Of a DNA stretch of 64,000 nt, positions 42,900 to 55,790 are shown piece after piece. The position numbers were made by a program, and so were the translations under genes. The stretch lies in the NCBI GenBank assembly GCA_951406725.2, contig OX597816.1:83018001-83082000 (forward strand), read 5' to 3'. The DNA comes from Octopus vulgaris. Its lineage: Eukaryota. The notes under the pieces were generated by a model. That model saw only the letters and a list, made by a program, of their open reading frames with translations. It did no database searches and had not been told where the DNA came from. Within the stretch, counting starts at the first letter, position 1. Each line of letters begins with the position of its first letter.

Positions 42900-43315
42900 C
42901 TGCCAGCAATTTTGAGTAAGAGGTCAAGCCGATGGATCTAGGATTCAATTGAAACTTATTTTATCGACCCTAAATGACAAAATGGAAGGTCGACTTCGAC
43001 AGAATTTGAATTCAGAAAGTAAAAACAGACGAAATGCAGTTAAGCGTTCTGTCCGGCTTGCTAACGATTCTGCTTGATCGCTGCCTTATAATACTAAGTG
43101 AGCCTTTCTACAATAGGCACAAGGCATTAAATTTGGTGGAGGGGATTAGTCGATTACATCGACCCCAGTGTTTTACTGGTACTCAATTTATTAATCCCCG
43201 AAAGGATGAAAGGTAAAATCGACCTCGGCTGAATTTGAACTCAGAACGCAGCGACAATCGAAATACCGCTAAGCATTTCGTCCAACGTGCTATCAATTCT
43301 GCCAGTTCGCCGTCT
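42900..43315 (-). mobile_element. Tandem pair of SINE family A
   Basis: Two minus-strand family A cores. Confidence 0.8.
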
Positions 43316-43905
43316 TATAATAATAAATAATAATACAAATATGTTCCGGTTCTCTTTTCATTTCTTGTTTCTTCTTTTTGTCTCTCATATTAAAACGCCG
43401 AAACGGAACGAATTTTCTTAACAAGTTGAAGATTCAACAGAAGTCAGCTAGTTATCAAGCATTACGAAAGCGATTTACATGTTTACGAGGCAATTACAAG
43501 GTATATTATAATCGGCAATGTTTATTTATATTCGCCAACTATGACAATTATTATAGGGCCTTTATTGCTTCTAACTCTACACAACTCTGTGTCCTAATGG
43601 CGAATGGATTGACTATAAACGACAATTATGAGCATACCATTGCGAAAGAAAAAAAGTTGGTAAAAATGAATGTATCATCCAACATATTGCATTCATCTTT
43701 TTTGTACTTCACATTTATTCTTTATTTCTCTTTATTTTCAGACAAATAACCATATAATCTAATGTTGGCCTACATACATACGTGTGTACATTCTTACATA
43801 CATATATATATATATATATTTATGTATGTATGTATGTATGTATGTATGTATGTATGTATGTATGTATGTATGTATGTATGTATGTATATATATACACATA
43901 CATAC

Positions 43906-43977
<72 letters not shown>

Positions 43978-44195
43978 GCTTATGCATACGTACACACATA
44001 CATACACATTCTCACAGACGTACTGTTCTGCAATTCTTCCAGTTCAGTTAACAGCTGAAAATAAGTTTTGTATCATTAACTGATATTTTTTCTTCATCTT
44101 TTTGTCCTCGTCTTCTTCCTCCTTGTTTTCTTCTGCATGCATCTATGCATGCATACATCTTTCTATCTCTCTCACTCTATCTATCTATACATACA

Positions 44196-44594
44196 TACTC
44201 TCTTTACTCTTTTACTTGTTTCAGTCATTTGACTGCGGCCATGCTGGAGCACCGCCTTTAGTCGAGCAAATCGACCCCGGAACTTATTCTTTGTAAGCCC
44301 AGTACTTATTCTATTGGTCTCTTTTGCCGAACCGCTAAGTGACGGGGATGTAAACACACCAGCATCGGTTGTCAGGCAATGCTAGGGGGACAAACACAGA
44401 CACACAAATACACACACACATACATATATACGACAGGCTTCTTTCAGTTTCCGTCTACCAAATCCACTCACAAGGCATTGGTCGGCCCGGGGCTATAGCA
44501 GAAGACAGTTGCCCAAGATGCCACGCAGTGGGACTGAACCCGGAACCATGTGGTTGGTTAGCAAGCTACTTACCACACAGCCACTCCTGCGCCT
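44196..44594 (-). mobile_element. Full-length SINE family B
   Basis: Reverse-complement homologue of 37648-38090. Confidence 0.9.
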
Positions 44595-44769
44595 ATACAT
44601 ATATTCCAACTATGGGTATATAGATATATAGATACGTACACACACTCACACACACACAGACACACAGACACACACAAACACACACACATGTATGTATGTA
44701 TACACACACACATATAATAGTAATGATGGAATCTCTCCTCAAAGACGACGATCTGCACAAATGATTTGT

Positions 44770-44994
44770 TTCTAGTGATCAAATGCATGTGCCGTACCTT
44801 AGGTCACTCCCTCCATCAAATCAACATTGCCTGAAAATGTTCACGGTGTACCACACACCTGGCTTCGAAGTGATCGCGGAAGAACGTACGATCAATTGTT
44901 TTGCTCAGGAACACAATGCACCCCTTGGTCTAGGGAATTGAAACCTCGACCACACGGTCGTGAGTGCAAAACCGTAGCCACTAGACCAAGCACC

Positions 44995-44995
<1 letters not shown>
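44770..44995 (-). mobile_element. tRNA-derived SINE (family C-like)
   Basis: Minus strand tggtctagtgg..gtttcaattccc..ttgtgttcctgagcaa. Confidence 0.65.
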
Positions 44996-45069
<74 letters not shown>

Positions 45070-45163
45070 ACTTTACTCAAGCCGTCTTTCTGATTGCTTT
45101 GTTCAAAAACAATTTCTCGTATAACTTCGAAATATCTCATGTCTTTTACACTCAAGCACGCTA

Positions 45164-45195
<32 letters not shown>

Positions 45196-45548
45196 ATGCA
45201 CGCACGCGTAGGTATTTAATTAGTGATACTATTGATCTTGTTTCTGTTTTTGTTGAATTGGTGAATGATGGTATTTCCTTTGACATTTATTTTCAAAGAA
45301 GAATGAAGAATTTCAGGATTTTTCAACAATTCTTCTTTGATACCAATGCCAAAGATTCACATCTTGATTGGCCTTCAATCAAACTGAATGGTAAACAGAT
45401 TCTATTTAGTCTAAATATATTTTCAGAAAGAACACAGTGGCATAACATCATCTATCTACCAAGCTACACATGTACTGAAAGTACTATGAGTATTGCAGTA
45501 TGCGAATATGTGTGTGTGTGTGTGTGTGACTATATATTTATGGATATG

Positions 45549-45579
<31 letters not shown>

Positions 45580-45583
<4 letters not shown>

Positions 45584-45782
45584 ATCCAAACATGGAAACA
45601 CAAAGAGAAAACACAACAACGCGAGGACATGGAACAAGTATAGTGTTATTGGAGGCTCAGGAAAGGAAAGAAAGAAGGAGGATTTAACGTTTCGAGCAGA
45701 GCTCTTCGTCAGGAACAAAGGACAAGGAAAGATCCAAGGAAGGGAAGACGTAGGAAAAAAATCGCCAACGGTACGCACACAG

Positions 45783-45825
<43 letters not shown>

Positions 45826-45900
45826 GGTTATGAAAGGTAATGGTGTCATTGAGACCCAAAGGTGTCAAGTAATGCTGAATAAGTGCTATAGATAGACCAT
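45580..45900 (-). mobile_element. Penelope-like 3' remnant: possible ORF end plus a pLTR-like segment with a hammerhead
   Basis: Peptide ALIQHYLTPLGLN resembles the PxGLN C-terminus of Penelope ORFs; hammerhead at 45682-45716; ends in (TA)n. Confidence 0.6.
45682..45716 (-). ncRNA. Minimal hammerhead ribozyme motif
   Basis: GTTC-CTGACGA-A-GAGC-tct-GCTC-GAAA-CG-TT-AAAT; canonical core, weakened stem I. Confidence 0.7.
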
Positions 45901-46040
45901 AGTTAAGTTCCAGGTTAGGTGAGTATGCGGATAAGGGGTTCAATGTTGGTCATATGTCAGCGTGTGTATATAAAACTTTTTTTCGTAATGAGAGTAAAAA
46001 ACCAAGGCTGAGTAGATTTTAGAACATTTATAGACAGAAG

Positions 46041-46088
46041 GTCTTACAGCTATTTCCAGGATATTTATTATATCCTTTCATCGGAGAC
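46041..46088 (-). ncRNA. Hammerhead ribozyme motif, left arm
   Basis: Exact reverse complement of 46130-46177. Confidence 0.8.
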
Positions 46089-46129
46089 GGTGTGAGAAAT
46101 TAACTATTATTTAACCATCCTCTCACACC

Positions 46130-46177
46130 GTCTCCGATGAAAGGATATAATAAATATCCTGGAAATAGCTGTAAGAC
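46130..46177 (+). ncRNA. Hammerhead ribozyme motif, right arm
   Basis: Stem I GTCT/AGAC; core CCGATGA; stem II AGGATAT-aataa-ATATCCT; GAAA; quasi-palindromic ATAGCTGT; GUA triplet (predicted cut after 46173). Confidence 0.8.
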
Positions 46178-46482
46178 CTTCTGTCTATAAATGTTCTAAA
46201 ATCTACACAGCCTTGTTTTTTTTTATCGCATTACGAAAAAAAAATATATATATATATATATATATGCACAAACATACACACACGTTCTTTTGTTTGTAGT
46301 TTAACAAACGCATCCAATGGTTTCATGTAAGAGATCTTCGCGATTGTTCATGCGTGTCACATGGAAGTGTTGGTACTTGTCTCAATTTTGTATATCCACC
46401 AATGCGGTTTTACCATTCATTCTAACTGTCCGATATTAGCGTATACATACATACATGCATGCGTACATATATATATATAATA

Positions 46483-46547
<65 letters not shown>

Positions 46548-46689
46548 CATGTATATCGTCTACGAATCCATTAGACAGAAAAATAAGCACTTGTATTTTT
46601 GTCAACAAAGCGTTATAAAAACCATACATGACTTTCCCAATCAGTTTCGCATTTCTGTAGGAGAGCCGGAGTAGCTAGGAGGAGTGAAA

Positions 46690-46883
46690 ATGCATAGCCG
46701 TATTTCGTCTGCCGTTACGTTTTCAGTTCAAATTCCGCCGAGGTCGACTTTGCCTTTCATTCTTTCGGGGTCGTTAAATTAAGTACCAGTTATGCACTGG
46801 GGTCGATGTAATCGACTTAATCCGTTTGTCTGCCCTTGTTTGTCCTCTCTGTGTTTAGCCACTTGTGGGTAGTAAAGAAATAG
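46690..46883 (+). mobile_element. SINE family A copy with type-1 tail
   Basis: Core plus tail tgtgtttagccacttgtgggtagtaaagaaatag. Confidence 0.85.
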
Positions 46884-47339
46884 ATATCCACAAGAGTTGC
46901 TGCGTGACTGTTTGGACGTGTAACATCTTCACTCTTTAGTGTTCCTGTATGTCCATTGTTGTTAACTCCAGGGCACCCATATGGGAAAAGACCTATAATT
47001 AAAGATACTCCAGCTTTGATCATACTCTTTTTGTTTTTGACGCAGTGTATCTCGGACTACATTATCCAATGTGCTCTTTTAACAAATACTAGCGAGTGCG
47101 GGTTGAGAAAGATTTGGCTGCTATTCCTAGCAGATCGAACAATCGTGTAGAACCTTCTTCGCTCAGTAGATTCTGCTGCTGGTTACAGGGAAGGTGAAGG
47201 TGGGTGAAGTAGACTGAGCCTGTTGCTGTTGCTTTACGCAAATCATTTGTTGTGTATATCCCAGCACTGTGATAACGGCTGTTGAGGCTATTTATAGTGC
47301 AGTTATCACTCCATGAATGCCTTTATTTTTTACAATATT

Positions 47340-47620
47340 TCTCTCAGGTGAGTAGAAAAGAAAGTGCTTGAGGATGCAGCTGGGTGGCTAATATGTACCT
47401 GGATGTTTGGAAGGGGATTAATTCATGTACTAACAGGGAATATGAATCTTGAACACTCCTTAACGACCCTTCTCTTCATGTCTAGATGGTCTTTTATGTT
47501 TAGTATTTTTGTTTCGTTTTATAGATCTCTGGGTGTGGTTTTGTAAAAGTTGTGGTGGTTCGAAATGCGCTGTTTGTGAACTTGGTAGTTTATTGCTGTT
47601 TGAAGTGTGTGGGTAGGCGG
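47340..47620 (-). mobile_element. Highly decayed LINE ORF2 remnant (I/Jockey-like)
   Basis: Minus-strand peptide TP..L*NETKILNIKDHLDM resembles the post-RT segment of APE-type LINEs. Confidence 0.35.
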
Positions 47621-47904
47621 GGACCCTGTCAGGATTGACGTAATCCTAAATGGATCTAATATATAGTTTGTACGCCATTGTTATTGTTTTTTTCTGCTTT
47701 CTAAGTGTTACCCGCGACTATCTAAGTGTATCTAAGTGTTACAGTCGCCTCTCATTCGTTCTTAAGCTTTCCTAAGCTATCTATATTTGTCGTATGCGAT
47801 GTTTGGGCCTACAATACGTTCTCTTAATTCTTTTGATTTAAAAGTGTGTGGTAATTTATTTTGTTAAGCGTGGTGCTTCGTTATATTTACTTATTAGTAT
47901 TGTC

Positions 47905-48034
47905 GGTGGCGTGAATGAGTGATTCCGAGTTCAGTCCCACTTGGTGGCATCTTGGGCAAGTGTATTATACTATAGCCCTAGGTCGACCTCAGCCTTGTGA
48001 ATGGATTTGGTAGATGGAAACTGAAAGGAGCCCT

Positions 48035-48107
<73 letters not shown>

Positions 48108-48330
48108 GTGTGTGTGTCTTTGAGTATGTGTCCCCTACCAACGATTGACAACCGGTGTTGGTGTGTTTACGTCTCTGTAACTTAGTGGTTTGGCAAAATA
48201 AATCGATAGAATAAATACCAGGCTTTAAAAAAGTCCTGGGATCGATCCATTCGGCTAAAAAATATACAAGGTGGTGCCCCAGCATGGCCGCAGTCTAATG
48301 ACTAAAACAAGTAAAATAATAAAAGAATAA
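47905..48330 (+). mobile_element. SINE family B copy with internal (TATC)n
   Basis: gttcagtcccac..ttgggcaagtgt..gatttggtagatggaaactgaaag..ccagcatggccgcagtc. Confidence 0.8.
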
Positions 48331-48929
48331 AGTTGAGTGACAGTGGTATGACGTTTTTGGTATGGCCTGAGAAAGTAAAACTCCTGAAGCACTCATTAAC
48401 TTAACCTGTTAATGGTTAGATTGATAAATCTATTGAAAATCAAGCTTTTCGAGCAATGCATACAATTATTGCTAGATCGAGAATAACTTGGACGTTTCAC
48501 CTTATTGGTGTTGAAAGGAAAAATATGACACTCATTGCAAAGTACCAATTTAAAGGCATATTTTTCTTTACAGAAGCTTTGGTGTAATGTGGAGTTCCGT
48601 AATGCGAATCTTATTTTTCACTGACTACCCAATTACATGATAGGTAATAATCATAGAAATCAAATCAGAAAATAAATTGCGCGATAAGGGAATTCCACGG
48701 TAACGTAAAGTTTTTCATGAGTACAATACTTCCGTGACACCGTAAAAAAATCACATGCACGTATATATGCACATACCCCACCTCCACATAAACACATATA
48801 AAGAGTGAAGATCCCCTTTCTGGTCATGAATGACCATGGGATTGCACTTAGAAAGTTACCACCCGAGGCACAAAGCCTGGCAATGTGGTTTATGAAAGAC
48901 CAGCAGTCGCCCATGCATACACGCACACA

Positions 48930-49172
<243 letters not shown>

Positions 49173-49506
49173 GTTACAGACTTCTACACACTTTGCATCT
49201 ATGAATATCCCCCTGAAAAAGCATTAGTTAGCCCCAGGGTATAATAGAATACAACACGTACTGAGATTAGGTCCGAAATTATGTGATTGCGAGTTTTACC
49301 ATTACACACCGACGTGCACCTTCCCACATGCGGATAGTATCACTTATGCATACACACATACACATACATATATTCACACACTCACAGGGATGCGTATGTA
49401 TATGCACACGCATACACATAACCTCTTTCTCCCTTTCTCATGTACAAACTTGCTGCTATGAACACACAGATGCACATAAAAATAAGTTTTGATATATGTA
49501 TTTACT

Positions 49507-49720
49507 AAGGCGGCGAGCTGGCAGAAACGTGAGCAAGCCGGCCGAAATGCTCAGTGGTATTTAGTCTGTCTTTACTTTCTGAGTTCAAATTCCGCCGAGG
49601 TCGACTTTGTCTTTCAGCCTTTCGGGATCGATAAATTAAGTGCCAGTTGTGTACTGGGGTTGATCTAATCGACTGGCCCCCTCCCCAAAAATTTCGGGCT
49701 TTGTGTCTCGAATAGAAAAG
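49507..49720 (+). mobile_element. Full-length SINE family A (type-2 tail)
   Basis: aaggcggcgagctggcagaaacgt..gagttcaaattccgcc..ccctccccaaaaatttcggg. Confidence 0.9.
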
Positions 49721-49794
49721 GATATATGTGTATACTCGTATGTAGCAAACACACATACAAAGACGATGCCGACAATGATAATAATAATAATAAT

Positions 49795-50203
49795 CCTTTC
49801 TACCAGAGGTACAAGGTCTGACATTTGTGGGGAGGGGAATAGTCGATTACATTGACCCCAGCGTTTCACTGGTACTTAATTTATCGGCTCCGAAAGGATG
49901 AAAGGCAAAGTCGACCTCGGCGGAATTTGAACTGAGAACATAGCGACAGGCGAAATATCGCTAAGCATTTCGTCCAGCGTTCTAACGATTCTTTTCTACT
50001 CTAGTTACAAGGCCCGAAATTCTTGGGAAAGGGGCCAGTCGATTAGGTCGATCCCAGTACGCAACTGATACTTAATTTATCGACCCTGAAAAGATGAAAG
50101 ACAAAATCGACCTCGGCGGAATTTGAACTCAGAATGTAAAGACAGACGAAATATCGCTAAGCATTTCGCCCGACATGCTAACGTTTCTGCCAGCTCGCCG
50201 CCT
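49795..50203 (-). mobile_element. Head-to-tail dimer of SINE family A
   Basis: Two minus-strand copies joined at ~49990. Confidence 0.9.
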
Positions 50204-50862
50204 TAGATAATGATAATAATAAATGTTGATGATGGGCATGATGATGATGATGATGATGTTGATGGTGGTGGTGATAATTATGATGATGATGATAATGATG
50301 GTGATGATGATGATGACGGTGATGATGATGGTGATGATGAAGATGGTGATGATAATGATGGTGATGATGATGACGATGACGATGGTGATGATGAATTGTC
50401 TGTCATTTAATATTAAATTTGATCCTTTGTCTGATGTAAAACTGTCTCAAGGTTTCTTTTAATGTGCGTGCTTTTGGGTTTGATGTGGTGGTGTGAGGGT
50501 GTGGCGATGAGGACTGGTTCATCAAGTGTAACAAAAGAGAAGGCGAGATATCTGCCTGTACGGTTTCAATGACAGCCGAATATAACCACTCTCGTTTTAA
50601 GAGCTGCATCTCGTACAACTAACAGAAGTTGCATAATAAATAATAAGGTTAATCTAACTTTAGTTATCCTCCAATTAAAATTCTTACTAAAACATTGATT
50701 TCCTACATAGACATATAGCGTGGAATACATATTGGTACTCTCACTTGATTAGGTTCGTATTCGGTAGACATTTGGTTCGATTCATGGAGGTGCCCACTTA
50801 TTTTCCCGTTCTAAAGGGTATTTCTAACCGAAAATATTAGGAGCTAATATTTATAGTTTCAG

Positions 50863-51198
50863 CAAGGCAGCGAGCTGGCAGAATCGTTAGCACGCCGGAC
50901 AAAATGCTTAGTGGCATTTTGCCCGTCTTTACGTTCTTTGTTCAAATTCCACCGTGGTCGACTTTGCCATTCATCTTTTCCAGGTCGATTAAATAAGTGC
51001 CAGCTGATCAATAGGGTCGCGTGCCAAAATTTGAAATCATTAGGAGTGGCTGTGTGGTAAGTAGCTTGCTTACCAACCACATGGTTCTGGGTTCAGTCCC
51101 ACTGCATGGCACCTTGGGCAAGTGTCTTCTACTATAGTCACGAGCCGACCAAAGCCTTGTGAGTAGATTTGGTAGATGAAAACTGAAAGAAGCCCGTC

Positions 51199-51250
<52 letters not shown>

Positions 51251-51557
51251 TGGAGGCGCAATGGCCTAGTGGTTAGGGCAGCGGACTCGCGGTCGTAGGA
51301 TCGCGGTTTCGATTCCCAGACCGGGCGTTGTGAGTGTTTATTGAGCGAAAACACCTAAAGCTCCACGAGGCTCCGGCAGGGGGTGGTGGCGATCCCTGCT
51401 GTACTCTTTCGCCACAACTTTCTCTCACTCTTTCTTCTGTTGCCCTGCTCGCTTAGCCAGTGGGGTGGCGTCATTTGAAGGCTAAAACAATGCGAAGCGC
51501 ATTGTGACCAGCGATGTGTAACAACATCTGATGGCCTGGTCAGTCACGGTGATCACG

Positions 51558-51598
<41 letters not shown>

Positions 51599-51835
51599 AT
51601 ATGTTTGTGTGTCTGTGTTTGTCCCCACCCCCAACATCGCTTGACAACCGGAAAAAGACGAGCTGGCAGAATCGTTAACACGCCAGAATAAAAGCTTAGC
51701 GGCATTTCTGCTGCTGGGGCCTGCTTTGCCTTTCATCCCTTCGGAGTCGATAAAATACCATTTGAGAACTGGGGGTCGATGTAATTGACTTACACCTTCC
51801 CCCGAAATTGCTGCCCATGCGCCAAAATTTGAAGC
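50863..51835 (+). mobile_element. SINE cluster: A (50863-51035), B (51041-51650) with nested C2 (51249-51562), A (51655-51835)
   Basis: Family B is interrupted in its internal TA/TG microsatellite by gtggaggcgcaatggcctagtgg..gtttcgattccc, then resumes with gtgtctgtgtttgtcccc. Confidence 0.85.
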
Positions 51836-52121
51836 GAAATTAGAGATATAGAAATCTTCAAAATGATAAACCAATCTTTCAGAGATTTATAAATCTATGC
51901 ATCAAAATAGAAATAAGGACCTTTATAAAACGTGGAATTAACATAAGTCCTGCTGGATATTTTAAAGGCAAACGAAATGAAGCTAATGTAAGTGGTGTTT
52001 CACATTTTATTGACAACTGTGATATTCGTCCCTGGTTAGATTTTACTTCAGATATTTTAAGCGGACCGATAACGAGACACTTTTAGGTAAACGTTCAATG
52101 CGCTTAAAATAGCAGTAAAAT

Positions 52122-52338
52122 TGTTGTGTGAACGCCTTTAGACGATAAATATGTTAGTCCAATACGTATAAATAGTAGACGTGATAATTAGACGGGAAGC
52201 ATCGTGTAGAGCGAGCCGGAGCCGTCTGTAGACTAGACGTCGAGTTCTGTTGAGTCGAGTCGTCGGAAGTGAGAGTTCGGTATTTGAGTAGAAGTATGTT
52301 ATTGGCGAAGGCACGCCATCCGAACGTGCGATATAACA
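52122..52338 (+). mobile_element. Solo LTR (217 bp)
   Basis: TGTTGTGT...ATATAACA termini; exact 5-bp TSD AAAAT at 52117-52121 and 52339-52343; internal TATAAATA; CpG-rich. Orientation inferred from the TATA box. Confidence 0.8.
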
Positions 52339-53035
52339 AAAATCTTTCTTAAATGATACCATACAAACTTAAAATAATACGAATGATACATTTGAATAAT
52401 ATAGTCCTGGATGTACTATAATAAAAATAAAGAATTGGAAGTTACGTTTAGAACGGTTTCGTTAGTAAGAATTTGCTTGACTGGGGCTGACCCGGCGTTA
52501 CTTTAACCATTTCTGAATACTTGTTGCTGAAGATGTTATGCTCATTTTAGTTGTCCAGTTTCCATTATAAGTAAGTAGTAAGTTGATCAACGAGAGATAA
52601 GGAACACTCTTACTAGATAGAATTAAAGACAAAAAAAAAAAAAAGAAGAAATATATATACAGATCTTTGTTTTTCTTAGGAAAGAAAGAAAACATCGTTG
52701 TCACAAAATCCATTCTGTTGTAAACCCAATGCAAGCATTCGCTTCACCTGAACCACGTACGAACGAATACAAGAACAGTACTTTTTAGAAATTAAAACAA
52801 CAAAAAACAGAACAAAAACAAACTCCAGTGACCAGCCTAAACAACAGAAATCAATGATTTAAGACACATTCATTGATATATTCCTTTTATCTTCCTATTT
52901 ACATATGTCCACTAGCAACATTCATATCTACAACTCGTTCACAAACTGATAGCAAGACAATCTGAGCAACCATATTTGATGTAAATTTCTTTTGCTTCTT
53001 TATTTATATATGCCTCCCACATACACACACAGATA

Positions 53036-53095
<60 letters not shown>

Positions 53096-53650
53096 ATTTT
53101 ACTTCTTTCTACGTTGTTTTCTTTCACTTTCTTCATCTTTAGGACTTCCTCTGAAATGATTGTGTGATATAACATGAGTTAGATTTGTGTTGACCAATTC
53201 TATCAGTGTTAGATAGCCTTTAGTATTGTAGACGATATTTCTGTTGCCTTCTTTCTCTGTAATTTTTTATAATGATTGTATAGAATAGAAAGCAGAGAGG
53301 GAGAGAGAGAGAGAGATGAACGAGAGAAAGCAACGAAAATAGCGTGAAAGGACCATAGCTAGGCATATATATATATTTACATGAATATATGTGTACAGGG
53401 GACAGAGAAAGTGAAATAGAGAGAGATAAAAAGAGAGAGAGAGGGAGAGAGAGAGAAAGAAAGAGAGAAAGAGAGAGAGAGAAAGAGAGAGAGAGAAAGA
53501 GAGAGAGCACAGAGATTGAAAGAGATAAAGGTAGTTAATGTAATATAAAAACAGATAATATGGAGATATCTTGTAGCCAAGAAGGAAATATAGATTCTCA
53601 CAACAGTAAGAAGAAGAAAAAGAAGAACTACTACTACAACAACAACAACA

Positions 53651-53703
<53 letters not shown>

Positions 53704-53773
53704 CCCGACGGCGACATCACTATCGTCGGCGCAAGTGAAACCCTGAAATCAATTGGACAAAAAGAAGTCAGAG

Positions 53774-53805
<32 letters not shown>

Positions 53806-54185
53806 GTGGGGGAGAGAGATAGGGGAGGAGAGAGGTGGAGAGAGAGCGAGTGAAAAAAGCGAGAAAGACAGAGAGGTGGGTAAAAGAAGAGAGACACAAA
53901 CATGTCTGAATATTTTAGTGTCTAAGGGTAGAGATGTCTGCCATGTTTACGTCTTCTTAAGGAGTCGAATATGTAGCGATTGATCTTTTAGAAATAGCAC
54001 CGATTTACACGAAAATCAAAATTTTTCCCCTAAAAAAAGAAATTTGATTGATGCAAAATCTCGAGCTAGTCAAAACTGGAACCTATTTGGTCATATGTCT
54101 GTCCACTTGATCAAAGTCTCCCTCTCTCTTGCTCCCTTTTCCCCCTCTCTTTTTCTCTCTTTTTCTCTCTCTCTATATCTATCTA

Positions 54186-54261
<76 letters not shown>

Positions 54262-54323
54262 ATCTGCATATGTATGTATTGTGTATTTACATGTATGTTT
54301 GAGTATAAATCTTCATACTCTAT

Positions 54324-54370
<47 letters not shown>

Positions 54371-54559
54371 TACACATACATGTGTGTTATGAATAAAAAC
54401 ATCTATCTATCTATCTATCTATCTATCTATAAGAAATATAACATGTGACTTCATTGACCGAGGTTACCGTGGTCTTTTCCGTAGGCTTTTCTTTCCACGG
54501 GTAAACCTCACCTATCCTCCCCTTTACACTTCATATTGACATTTCTGTGATAACGATCC

Positions 54560-54758
54560 CTATTGATCAATTTTTTTCCTTCCCCTTCCCCCCCACCTTT
54601 TAAAAAAAAAATTTATTCCCCCCTTTTTTTGTCCTCTTTCTTTCCCTTTACGATCCCTTTTGATCGAAAATCAAACCCCCTTTTTTTACCCCCAAAAGAA
54701 AAGGTCTACCTTGTAATTTGTCCTGTCTGTGTGCAGCCCTGTGTGGCTAATAAAGAAA
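54560..54758 (+). mobile_element. Tx1-like LINE 3'UTR remnant ending at (TATC)n
   Basis: Pyrimidine-rich UTR ending gtcctgtctgtgtgcagccctgtgtggctaataaagaaa, similar to the 3' end at 28340-28400. Confidence 0.55.
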
Positions 54759-55721
54759 CATATCTATCTATCTGTCTATCTACCAATCTATGTATATATA
54801 CATACATATATGTATATATGCACACATATATGTATATATGTGAGTGCTTGCCTGAAAGTCCGCGTGCATGTATATGTAATGTAATATATAATGCTATGTA
54901 AGCTATGTCCACACTAAAAAAAGATAATATATAATAAAAGAAATAATTGTGAAATGGTCACAACTGGATCACCTTTGATCGTAAATCTGCTCGATCAACG
55001 TTTACCTGGGGCTAAACAGCAACAACAACAACAACAAAAACAACAGTAATAATAATAGCACCACCACCATCATTGCTAGCCACCCCGCCATCACCTACTG
55101 TCACCAACAACAATAACAACAGAAGTACAAGTCAGGACACAGCAAATAGAAAAGAAGAAACATTTTTTGTTTTCCTTTTTTTTTTTTGTTCATGACTTTC
55201 TATAAAGTATTGCATGACGTCAATAAGCGGTGGCTATCTGACAGAAATATCTGAATGTCGTTAGACAATTGTATAAAACAGTGTAATTGGGTTGACTGTC
55301 TGCAAGACGTTAGATCAACAGCAAAGATTTTTGACGGCGGAATATAAACAACAATAATAACAATAATAACAGAAATAACGACAACAACAACAACATCAAC
55401 AACAAACAGCAGCAGCAGAAGCAGCAACTGGAATCACGAGGAAGAGAGGAACAAACGTAGGAAAACAAAATTGTACGAAACAACAGCTTTAACAGCAACT
55501 ATAGACTGCAAGAATAACATCCACGACGTCGATAATAACGAGAAAATACAAAAGGAAGAAAGACAAAAATGAACGAAGAAATATTTTAAGCGCAGTTAAA
55601 ATTATCGCTGTTTATAAAATCATTTTTACTGGAGCCACATCACGATAGCAATAAAAGTTGAAATGTCCCACCACCACCACCACCGCCGCCGCCGCCGCCG
55701 CTGCTGCTGCTGCTGCTGCTG

Positions 55722-55765
<44 letters not shown>

Positions 55766-55790
55766 GTTCTTACTACTTCCAATAAATATA

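Larger units (their letters stand above)
45977..46244. mobile_element. Inverted duplication (~120-bp arms, 23-bp spacer) of a Penelope pLTR-like segment
   Basis: 46012-46097 is the exact reverse complement of 46121-46206; TA-rich flanks. Confidence 0.9.

Noticed and set aside
52650-52750. Possible minus-strand exon (MDFVTTMFSFFPKKNKD)
   Set aside because: Weak donor site and no recognisable homology.
54460-54510. Imperfect hairpin as a pre-miRNA
   Set aside because: Short stem, large loop, no recognisable mature miRNA.
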